Below, one piece after another: positions 34,843-42,973 of a stretch of 64,000 bases of DNA. Position 1 is the stretch's first letter; every line of letters starts with the position of its first letter. The position numbers and the translations under genes are program-made. Location: contig JALVVL010000012.1 of NCBI GenBank assembly GCA_027023425.1, positions 68,285 through 132,284 of the forward strand. The letters run 5' to 3'. The notes beneath the pieces are model-generated. The model made no database searches. It was given only the letters and a program-made list of their open reading frames with translations, and had not been told where the DNA came from. The DNA is from Anaerolineales bacterium. Lineage in GTDB: Bacteria; Chloroflexota; Anaerolineae; Anaerolineales; DRMV01.

Positions 34843-36168
34843 ATGAAATTACGAGATGTGCCCGGCCCTAAGGCCAAAGCAATTATTGAGCGCGACAAAA
34901 AAGTTGTATCGCCTTCATACCCTCGCTCGGGTCCGTTTGTGATGGACCACGGCAAAGGCGCCGAGATTTGGGATGTTGACGGCTACCGCTACATTGACTT
35001 TGTGGCGGGGATCGCGGTCAATTCTACAGGTCACAGCCATCCCAAAGTGGTGGAGGCCATCCAAAAGCAAGCCGAGAAATTCCTCCACATTTCCTCGGAC
35101 TATTACAACCCCGTTTGGGTAGAACTTGCTGAGAAACTCGCTGAGATTGCACCGTTCAGCGAACCGGCGATGTCTTTTTTGGGCAATTCCGGCACCGAAG
35201 CAGTTGAGGCGGCGATTAAGTTGGCCCGCAGTTACACCAAGCGCAAGTTCTTCATTGGCTTCATCAGCGCTTTCCACGGGCGCACCCTTGGCTCGCTGGC
35301 TTTTACTGCGAGCAAGGCCGTTTACCGCCGCGATTTCTTCCCGTGGATGCCCGGCGTGATTCATGTGCCTTACCCCAATCCGTATCGCCCTGTGCTCCTT
35401 TCCAAGCCCGGCGAAGATTACGGCGAGACGGTTGTGCGCTACATTGAAGAGCAAATTTTCAACAAAGTTGTGCCTGCCGATGAGGTGGCCGGTATTCTGG
35501 TTGAGCCAATTCAGGGCGAAGGTGGGTACGTGGTGCCGCCCGATGGCTTCTTCCCGGCCTTGCGGAAATTGTGCGACAAGTACGGCATTTTGCTGATTGA
35601 CGACGAAGTGCAGGCAGGCATGGGGCGCACCGGCAAATGGTGGGCAATTGAGCATTGGGGCGTTGAGCCCGATATTGTGTGCGCGGCAAAGGGCATTGCC
35701 TCTGGCGTGCCTTTAGGTGCTACTATTGCCCGCAAGAGCATCATGGAAAAATGGGCAACCGGTGCACACGGCAACACCTACGGCGGCAACCCCATCGCCG
35801 CGGTGGCCTCTATTGCCACCATTGAACTTATCGGCGAAAAATACATGAAAAACGCCGCCGAAATGGGCGAATATGCTATGGGCAAACTTAAAGAAATGGC
35901 CGAGCGCCATCCCAACCTCGGCGACGTGCGCGGCAAGGGGCTGATGATAGGCCTTGAGTTTGTGAAGGATAAGGAAAGCCGCGAATACTTCCCTGAGTTC
36001 CGCAACAAGGTAGAAAACTACGCTTTCCGCCTTGGGGTGCTTGCTATGGGCTGCGGCAAGAGTTCACTCCGCATTGCCCCGCCGCTGGTCATCACCAAGG
36101 ATCTTATGGATGAAGGCCTCGCCATTTTGGAAGAGGCGATCACTTTGGCAGAAAAAGATTTTAGTTAG
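34843..36168 (+). CDS. Class III pyridoxal-phosphate aminotransferase (4-aminobutyrate/acetylornithine aminotransferase-like)
   Basis: Start MKLRDVPGPKAKAIIERD after AAGGAG. FLGNSGTEAVEAAIKLAR, DEVQAGMGRTGKWWA and CAAKGIASG. Confidence 0.85.
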   Translation: MKLRDVPGPKAKAIIERDKKVVSPSYPRSGPFVMDHGKGAEIWDVDGYRYIDFVAGIAVNSTGHSHPKVVEAIQKQAEKFLHISSDYYNPVWVELAEKLAEIAPFSEPAMSFLGNSGTEAVEAAIKLARSYTKRKFFIGFISAFHGRTLGSLAFTASKAVYRRDFFPWMPGVIHVPYPNPYRPVLLSKPGEDYGETVVRYIEEQIFNKVVPADEVAGILVEPIQGEGGYVVPPDGFFPALRKLCDKYGILLIDDEVQAGMGRTGKWWAIEHWGVEPDIVCAAKGIASGVPLGATIARKSIMEKWATGAHGNTYGGNPIAAVASIATIELIGEKYMKNAAEMGEYAMGKLKEMAERHPNLGDVRGKGLMIGLEFVKDKESREYFPEFRNKVENYAFRLGVLAMGCGKSSLRIAPPLVITKDLMDEGLAILEEAITLAEKDFS

Positions 36169-36181
36169 TATTGGTTTTGAA

Positions 36182-36215
36182 CAGATGCGGCGGGGTTTTA
36201 TACCCGCCGCATCTG
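36182..36215 (+). terminator. Stem-loop after the aminotransferase gene (no clear T-run)
   Basis: CAGATGCGGCGGG-GTTTTATA-CCCGCCGCATCTG. Confidence 0.4.
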
Positions 36216-36273
36216 CTACACTGCATGTGTGTTGCCTGTTGGGGCATAACGCAGAGCAGGGGAGGAATGGGTC

Positions 36274-37662
36274 GTGCCAAAGGCGCAGACGGTTTATGTT
36301 TGCCAGAACTGCGGCAAGCGCGTGCCTAAACCTTTGGGCAGGTGTCCGGTTTGTGGCGCGTGGAATTCGTTTGTGCCCGAGGTTGTTGTGCCCGAGGGAG
36401 GGGGCAAGAGAAAGGGGAGCCTGCCGCAAAGCCGACCGCGGCGCCTGAGCGAAATTGAAGGCGATGCCGAAGAGCGCATTCCGCTGCCGATAAGTGAGTT
36501 TGCACGTGTGCTGGGCGGCGGCATAGTCCCCGGCTCGGTGGTGCTTATTGGCGGTGACCCCGGCATTGGCAAATCCACCCTGATGCTCCAAACCGCTTTG
36601 GCAATGGCGCAGAGCGTGCCGGTGTTGTACGTTTCGGGCGAGGAATCGGAGCGGCAGATAAAAATGCGCGCCACTCGCCTTTGGAACACACCTGAAGGCG
36701 AAACGCGTCCTTTCCCTGAAAATTTGTTTTTGGTCACCGAAACTGATCTGCAAGCAATTTTGGAGCACGTCCAATCAGTTCAGCCGCAGTTACTGATTGT
36801 GGATTCAATCCAAACGGTGTACCTGCCCGAATTGCAATCTTCGGCGGGCTCGGTAACGCAGGTGCGCGAAACGGCCTCTCGCTTGCGTGAACTCGCCAAG
36901 ACCAGCGGCCTGAGCGTGTTTCTGATAGGGCATGTAACCAAAGAAGGCGTGATCGCGGGGCCGCGGGTGCTGGAGCACATCGTTGACACGGTTCTTTACC
37001 TTGAGGGTGACCGTTTTCAAGCCTACCGACTTTTGCGGTCGGTGAAAAACCGGTTTGGCACGACCAGCGAGGTTGGCGTTTTTGAAATGCACGCCGAGGG
37101 TTTGAAAGAAGTGCCTAACCCTTCCGAGGCATTTTTAGCCGAGCGGATGGTGAACACCCCCGGCTCGGCAATTGCCGTTACAATGGAGGGCACGCGCCCG
37201 CTTCTGGTTGAAGTGCAAGGCCTGACCAACCCAACGCCGTTCGGCAACCCCCGCCGCACCGCCAATGGCATAGATTTCAACCGCTTGTTGTTGGTAACGG
37301 CGGTGCTGAGCCGCCATGCCGGCGTTAGGCTTGGCGAACAGGACGTGTTTGTAAACGTGGTGGGTGGTCTTAAGGTAGGCGAGCCGGCGGTAGATTTGGC
37401 GGTTGCGGCGGCGTTAGCTTCCTCGGCGCGGAACATACCTGTGCGCGCCGACGCTGTCCTTATCGGCGAAATTGGCCTTTCGGGTGAACTGCGCACCGTG
37501 AGTCAAATGGGCGCGCGCTTGCGCGAGGCCGCAAATCTTGGCTTTAAGTTCGCTATAATTCCCAAAAGGCTGAGCAGGAATGCTACCTCAGCCCCCGATG
37601 GGCTTCAAATTGTTGAAGCCCGCTCGCTAAGGCAAGCGCTGAAATTTGCTTTCTCGGGGTAG
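36274..37662 (+). CDS. radA: DNA repair protein RadA/Sms
   Basis: Zinc finger CQNCGKRVPKPLGRCPVCGAW, Walker A GGDPGIGKSTL, KNRFG, and a Lon-like C-terminal domain. Confidence 0.95.
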   Translation: MPKAQTVYVCQNCGKRVPKPLGRCPVCGAWNSFVPEVVVPEGGGKRKGSLPQSRPRRLSEIEGDAEERIPLPISEFARVLGGGIVPGSVVLIGGDPGIGKSTLMLQTALAMAQSVPVLYVSGEESERQIKMRATRLWNTPEGETRPFPENLFLVTETDLQAILEHVQSVQPQLLIVDSIQTVYLPELQSSAGSVTQVRETASRLRELAKTSGLSVFLIGHVTKEGVIAGPRVLEHIVDTVLYLEGDRFQAYRLLRSVKNRFGTTSEVGVFEMHAEGLKEVPNPSEAFLAERMVNTPGSAIAVTMEGTRPLLVEVQGLTNPTPFGNPRRTANGIDFNRLLLVTAVLSRHAGVRLGEQDVFVNVVGGLKVGEPAVDLAVAAALASSARNIPVRADAVLIGEIGLSGELRTVSQMGARLREAANLGFKFAIIPKRLSRNATSAPDGLQIVEARSLRQALKFAFSG

Positions 37663-37787
37663 TGCTTGTCTGTGTGGCGGCGCTTTGCCGCTGAAATGGC
37701 ACGCGCCGCTGGTAGGTATTTTTTGCCGACGTGATGACAATGAGGCGCAGAGAGAAATTTCAGGGGTAATCTTTTAGGGATAACAAA

Positions 37788-38963
37788 ATGAAAAAGCGCA
37801 AAGAACGGCGGGAACGAATTTTAGTGGTTGAACCAGACCCTGAAATAGCAGATTTGGTGGCGCGCCAAAGCCTTGCCCCGTTGGGGTACAAAGTGAAGGT
37901 TGTAGGCGAGGCAGGAGCAGCGTTTGTGGAAAGCGCTCGCTTCGCGCCGCACCTAATAATTGCCGACTTGGCTCTTGATGGGCTGAGCGGCAAGGATTTG
38001 ATAATGGCGTTCAGGTCGCGCGGCAGCGAAGTGCCCATAATAGCAATAGGCCAGCGGGGCAAAGAAACGGACATCATACAAGCATTCAGGCTGGGGGCGG
38101 CCGATTATCTGCTCTGGCCGATGCGCGAAGCCGAGGTTGTAGCCGCAGTGGAGCGGGTACTGGCGCAGGTAAGGGAACGGCAGACTAATAAACGCTTGAC
38201 TTTAGAACTCCAACGGACAAACGAGGAGTTGCAAAAACGCGTCCGCGAGTTGACAACCCTCTTTGACCTCGCGAAAACTGTTGCTTCATCCACAAATCAG
38301 TCCCTTCTTTTACAGAGATTACTGGAAGGCTCAATTCAAGTTACTAATGCCGATAAAGGTTGGATGTTTTTAGTTGACGAAAACACCCGCAAACTGGTGC
38401 TCGGTGCTCAGAAAGGAATGCCCGCTTCGTTAGCCGCTCGTGTTGGCAAAGTGTGGGATGATGGCTTGAGCAGTTTGGTTATGCTTTCGGGCGAGCCGTT
38501 GAACATCTACGGCGATCCACTAAAGCGGTTCAAAATTTATCGCCTTGGTAGAGCGGCTTTGGTTGTGCCGGTAAAGGCTAAAAATCGGGTGATCGCCGTT
38601 ATGGTTGTGACGCGAGATATTCCAAAGCCGTTTACTTCTAACGAACAGGCTTTGTTGGAAGCAATAGGGGATTACGCAGCGGTGGCTTTGGTCAACGCGC
38701 GTTTGTTCAAAGCCCTTGAAGATAGGGCAAAACAGATGCGGGAGGTGGCCGATAGCGCCGTGGCAAACGAAAGGGCTAAGGAACTCGCACTAAAGCGAGT
38801 TGCGAACGAGGTAGGAGTTTCCCTAAAGGTTGTGACGGAGCAAATTGAGGCCTTGCTGAAGGGAGAATTGGGTGACTTAACGCCTAAACAACGGCGTGCT
38901 TTGCAAAAGGCACGAAGTGAAATAACACGTTTGAGTAAAATTTTGGGAGAAGTGCGCTCTTAA
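37788..38963 (+). CDS. Response regulator: receiver domain + GAF domain + C-terminal coiled coil
   Basis: REC region ILVVEPDPEIADLV...LIIADLALDGLSGKDLI...PIIAIG...GAADYLLWP. A GAF-like region follows the coiled-coil linker. Confidence 0.75.
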   Translation: MKKRKERRERILVVEPDPEIADLVARQSLAPLGYKVKVVGEAGAAFVESARFAPHLIIADLALDGLSGKDLIMAFRSRGSEVPIIAIGQRGKETDIIQAFRLGAADYLLWPMREAEVVAAVERVLAQVRERQTNKRLTLELQRTNEELQKRVRELTTLFDLAKTVASSTNQSLLLQRLLEGSIQVTNADKGWMFLVDENTRKLVLGAQKGMPASLAARVGKVWDDGLSSLVMLSGEPLNIYGDPLKRFKIYRLGRAALVVPVKAKNRVIAVMVVTRDIPKPFTSNEQALLEAIGDYAAVALVNARLFKALEDRAKQMREVADSAVANERAKELALKRVANEVGVSLKVVTEQIEALLKGELGDLTPKQRRALQKARSEITRLSKILGEVRS

Positions 38964-39077
38964 CTAATTTTTGTGACAGATGACCATCGGCGCTATAATC
39001 GCGGCGAACGGTAGGAACTGAGTATGACTTCAACATAGTCCACATTGAACCTGACGAGGTTAGAAAGGTCAACAAGG

Positions 39078-41021
39078 ATGTCAAAAACCCGGGTACTACT
39101 GTTAACAAGTCGGCCGGAATCACGCCGCCTGTTGGAAAGTGCTCTGCTGGGCACCGATTTCGTGCCATGCAGCGTGGATTTCGGCGAGGGAGCCGAGAAT
39201 ATTGAATCGCAGGCCGATGTTCTGCTTGCTGATGCAGAAGCGTTAGATTCTCCCTCAATTCGTGAATTTGTAAGGCGCAATCCGCAAATGCCGCTTGTGT
39301 TGATGACGCCGGATTTGCGCGTTGAAACCCTTTTAGATGTGATGAGGCTTGGCGGGGTGGAGGTTGTGCGTGCGCCTTCTCGGCGTGAAGAAATTTTGGA
39401 GGCTTTGCAGCGCGCCCTCAAGCGTCGGCAGGAACTTACGCAATGGGCAGAGCAAGAGGCTAACCGACAGGCTCTTCACCTTCGCCGCGAGGTTGACGAA
39501 CTGCGCTCTTTGCTCAAAGTAGGGCATGTTATTACGGCTAACCTTAACCTTGAGGAAGCACTCAAAGCAGTTGTGGACGCTGCGCGCGAACTTACCGGCG
39601 CTGAAGAAAGTGTGCTTATGTTGTTGGATGAAGAGGCCGGTGAATTGTATCTGCGGGCTGAAAGCAATCTGCAATCGGGGAATAAAACCTTGCGTCTCAA
39701 GATAGAAGATTCCCTTGCCGGCGAAGTGGTGCGCACCGGCAAACCGAGGGTAATTGACAAAGATACGCTTGAAAAAATAAAAACCGCTTACCTTGTGCAG
39801 GCCTTGATTTACGTTCCCCTTTACATGCAAGGTAGGGTTATAGGCGTGCTCGGTGTGGATAATCGCACCCGCCGCGGCTATTTTACTGAGCGCGACGTCA
39901 ATCGCCTTCGCGCTCTCGCCGACTATGCGGCTGTGGCTTTGGAAAACGCCTCCCTCTATGGCAAAGTGGAAGAAGAACGCCGCAAACTTGAACAGGTAAT
40001 ACGGCAGGTAAAAGAGGGAATGGCAGTCGTTGACCATGATGGCGATTTGATTCTTGTAAACTCTACTGCCGCGAGCATACTTGGCCTTTCATTGGAGGAT
40101 GCGTTAAACAAGGTTCGTTTTGCACAGTTTTGCTCAGATCCGGATGTTCTCTCGGCAGTTCAGGGCTCTATTTCGGAAAATAGAGAACACCACACAGAAT
40201 TGCAGGCGCGCGACGGTCGTGTTTTTGACGTGCACATTATGCCTGTGGAAGGTATAGGGGTAATACTAACTTTTTACGACATAACCCATTTCAAAAAGTT
40301 GGATCAGTTGAAGAGTAACTTCGTCAACGCCGTTTCCCACGATTTGCGTTCGCCGTTGACTGCGGCGCTCGGCTATATTGAACTACTGAGTCGCGTTGGG
40401 CCGCTCAACCCTGCCCAGACAGAATTTCTCAGCCGTGCACGTGCCAGTTTAGACAACATTACTGACATAATAAACAACCTATTAGACCTTGGCAAAATTG
40501 AGGCCGGTTTGGATAAGCACAACGAGATCGTGAATGTGGCCGTTGCAATTCAATACGCGGTGGAAGGCAACCTCCCTCAGGCAGAGGCGAAAAAACAGAG
40601 CATAGAGGTTTCAATAGATAAAAACTTGCCGCCGGTTTTAGGTAATGCTGTGCGCCTCAGGCAAGTAGTGGACAATCTTTTGGCTAATGCTATAAAGTAC
40701 ACGCCCGAGGGCGGGAAAATAAAAGTCACCGCCAAGGCGCAAGGGGGGCAGGTTATAATTACGGTGGAAGATACCGGCGCGGGCATTCCACAAGCGGAGC
40801 AACGTTACATTTTCAATAAGTTTTACCGCGCCAGCAATGTGGCCGGCGTGCACCCCGGTACAGGGCTTGGGCTTTCAATTGTGAAATCAATAGTTGAAAA
40901 CCACAAAGGGCGCATTTGGGTTGAGTCGGAAGTTGGCAAGGGCAGTAAATTCACTACTGTGTTGCCGGCTGCACCCCAAATAGATTCCGAGGAAGAAACT
41001 GAAAACCCTAATGATGAGTGA
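39078..41021 (+). CDS. Hybrid sensor histidine kinase (receiver-like N-domain, GAF, PAS, HisKA, HATPase_c)
   Basis: H-box FVNAVSHDLRSPLTA, N-box LLANAIKYTPEGG, G-boxes EDTGAGIP and GTGLGLSIVK. The start is uncertain (39045 or 39078). Confidence 0.85.
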   Translation: MSKTRVLLLTSRPESRRLLESALLGTDFVPCSVDFGEGAENIESQADVLLADAEALDSPSIREFVRRNPQMPLVLMTPDLRVETLLDVMRLGGVEVVRAPSRREEILEALQRALKRRQELTQWAEQEANRQALHLRREVDELRSLLKVGHVITANLNLEEALKAVVDAARELTGAEESVLMLLDEEAGELYLRAESNLQSGNKTLRLKIEDSLAGEVVRTGKPRVIDKDTLEKIKTAYLVQALIYVPLYMQGRVIGVLGVDNRTRRGYFTERDVNRLRALADYAAVALENASLYGKVEEERRKLEQVIRQVKEGMAVVDHDGDLILVNSTAASILGLSLEDALNKVRFAQFCSDPDVLSAVQGSISENREHHTELQARDGRVFDVHIMPVEGIGVILTFYDITHFKKLDQLKSNFVNAVSHDLRSPLTAALGYIELLSRVGPLNPAQTEFLSRARASLDNITDIINNLLDLGKIEAGLDKHNEIVNVAVAIQYAVEGNLPQAEAKKQSIEVSIDKNLPPVLGNAVRLRQVVDNLLANAIKYTPEGGKIKVTAKAQGGQVIITVEDTGAGIPQAEQRYIFNKFYRASNVAGVHPGTGLGLSIVKSIVENHKGRIWVESEVGKGSKFTTVLPAAPQIDSEEETENPNDE

Positions 41022-41826
41022 TTTGAGCGCAGAGCAAATGCTCAGCGATGAGCAGATAAGCACCCAAATAGCCTATGCTGCCCGGCTGGTTGTAAGTGCG
41101 AGGAACGGCGTCGTTATCACCGGTGCGGGAATTTCTACCCCCTCAGGCATACCCGATTTTCGCTCGCGCGATAGCGGCCTGTGGGAAAAACACAACCCGA
41201 TGGAGGTGGCTTCACTTTCCGCTTTTCGGCATCATCCTGAGCGCTTTTTTGCATGGGTGCGGCCTTTGCTCGCCAACATTTTGGCAGCAGAGCCTAACCC
41301 TGCTCATTACGCCATCGCTGAAATGCAAAAAGCGGGACACTTTAGCGCCATCGTTACTCAAAACATTGACGGCTTGCACCAGAAAGCCGGTTCGTCAAAT
41401 GTGTTAGAAGTGCATGGTTCGCTGGAGACGGCGACCTGCACCATGTGTTACCGCACTTATCGCTCTGAGCAGTTTATCCCGAAATTTTTGGAAACCGGCG
41501 AAATACCCAGATGCCCGCATTGCGGCGGCATACTCAAGCCGAACGTGGTCTTGTTTGGTGAGGCGTTGCCTTGGGAGGTGTGGCAAAAGGCGCAGGAAGC
41601 GGTGCTTGCCGCTGATTTGGTGCTTGTGGCGGGTTCAAGCCTTGAGGTGATGCCGGTGGCGCGCTTGCCAGTTGAAGCGGCAATGCGGGGGGCGCCCGTC
41701 ATCATCGTCAACAAAACCCCAACTTACATGGATGTGCGCGCCGACGTTGTGCTCCGCGGCGACGTGGCTGAAATCCTCCCCCGCATAGCAGAAGCCGCAC
41801 GCCGCGCCTTGAGCGCCGAACACTGA
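41011..41826 (+). CDS. cobB: NAD-dependent protein deacylase, SIR2/CobB family
   Basis: GAGISTPSGIPDFRS, TQNIDGLH, and zinc ribbon CTMC...CPHCGG. It overlaps the kinase stop by 11 nt. Confidence 0.9.
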   Translation: MMSDLSAEQMLSDEQISTQIAYAARLVVSARNGVVITGAGISTPSGIPDFRSRDSGLWEKHNPMEVASLSAFRHHPERFFAWVRPLLANILAAEPNPAHYAIAEMQKAGHFSAIVTQNIDGLHQKAGSSNVLEVHGSLETATCTMCYRTYRSEQFIPKFLETGEIPRCPHCGGILKPNVVLFGEALPWEVWQKAQEAVLAADLVLVAGSSLEVMPVARLPVEAAMRGAPVIIVNKTPTYMDVRADVVLRGDVAEILPRIAEAARRALSAEH

Positions 41827-41830
41827 TTAA

Positions 41831-41905
41831 CCTGACACTGTAGCACTTGACACTGTAACACTTGACACTGTAACACCTGACACCGCAACACCTGACACCC
41901 TAACC
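41831..41905 (+). repeat. Tandem 15-bp repeat x5 (CYTGACACYGTAACA), each unit carrying a TTGACA/CTGACA hexamer
   Basis: Units lie at 41831, 41846, 41861, 41876 and 41891, between the sirtuin stop (41826) and the L,D-transpeptidase start (41915). Confidence 0.9.
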
Positions 41906-41914
41906 CTCCCTCCC

Positions 41915-42961
41915 ATGCCTTCTCTTACCTTAACCCGCCGTGACGTGCTAAAACTTGCCCTTTTGGGGCTTGGGGCCGTTGCTTGGCGTCCGTTGGGTAA
42001 ATTAGGGGAATTTGCGACGCCGTTTTACGGATTGGGCAGGATTACCATCGCTCAAGTGCCGGTGCACCGCGAACCCAGCCTCACAAGCCCTACCTTGGGC
42101 TACCTCAAACGCGACCAAGTTGTGCGCTTGCGCGGCCTCATAATTTCCCCGTATGGCCCCTCCTACAACCCCCGCTGGTATCGCCTTCCATATGGCTACC
42201 TCCACACCGCATACGTCCAGCGGGTGAAAGTGCTCATAAACAAGCCTGTGCCTTCAGTGCCCGAGAAGGGGCGCTTAGCGGAAGTGAGCGTGCCCTACAC
42301 CCGCGCATGGCGGGAAGGCCGCAACGGCGAACGAATCCCCGTTTATCGGCTTTACTACGGCTCAGTGCATTGGGTGACCGGCGTGGCTGTTGGCAAATAC
42401 GGCGAACCGCTTTACAAACTCACCGATGACTTGCTCGGCGTGTCCTATTTTGTCTACGCGCCGCACCTACGCTTGATACCCGATGAGGAACTTGCCCCAA
42501 TTTCCCCCGACGTGCCCAAGAGCGAAAAGTGGATTGAGGTTGACCTCGGCGCTCAGGCGCTGATAGCCTATGAGGGCAAAAAAGAGGTCTATCGCACCAA
42601 AATTTCTTCCGGCATACCGAGCGACAAGCCCGGCGATAACGGCATTCCAACGCGCACGCCCTCAGGGCATTTTCACATTTTTGAAAAATGGCCTACCCGG
42701 CACATGGGGGAGGGCGCACTCACCGCCGCTCTGGACGCTTATGAACTCCCCGGTGTGCCTTGGGTGAGTTTTTTCGTCAAGACCGGCGTGGCCTTTCATG
42801 GTACGTATTGGCATGATAACTTCGGCCGCCCAATGAGCCACGGTTGCATTAACATGCGCAACAGCGATGCAAAATGGCTGTTCCGTTGGAGCACGCCGGT
42901 GAACTATCCCCCTCACAGCCATGAGGGCGGCTACGGCACGCGGGTTTGGGTGCACGAATAA
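41915..42961 (+). CDS. L,D-transpeptidase (YkuD domain) with twin-arginine signal peptide
   Basis: The N-terminus has a Tat-like motif, LTRRDVLKLALLGLGAVA. Catalytic block FHGTYWHDNFGRPMSHGCINM. Confidence 0.8.
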   Translation: MPSLTLTRRDVLKLALLGLGAVAWRPLGKLGEFATPFYGLGRITIAQVPVHREPSLTSPTLGYLKRDQVVRLRGLIISPYGPSYNPRWYRLPYGYLHTAYVQRVKVLINKPVPSVPEKGRLAEVSVPYTRAWREGRNGERIPVYRLYYGSVHWVTGVAVGKYGEPLYKLTDDLLGVSYFVYAPHLRLIPDEELAPISPDVPKSEKWIEVDLGAQALIAYEGKKEVYRTKISSGIPSDKPGDNGIPTRTPSGHFHIFEKWPTRHMGEGALTAALDAYELPGVPWVSFFVKTGVAFHGTYWHDNFGRPMSHGCINMRNSDAKWLFRWSTPVNYPPHSHEGGYGTRVWVHE

Positions 42962-42973
42962 GACCTTAGTTCG

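Noticed and set aside
37742-37763. A short fragment, GAGGCGCAGAGAGAAATTTCAG, resembling E-plus-B module junctions upstream of the REC-GAF gene, as a possible tenth (decayed) array locus.
   Set aside because: It is only about 22 nt with no flanking A, C or F modules. That is too short to distinguish from chance similarity to low-complexity modules.
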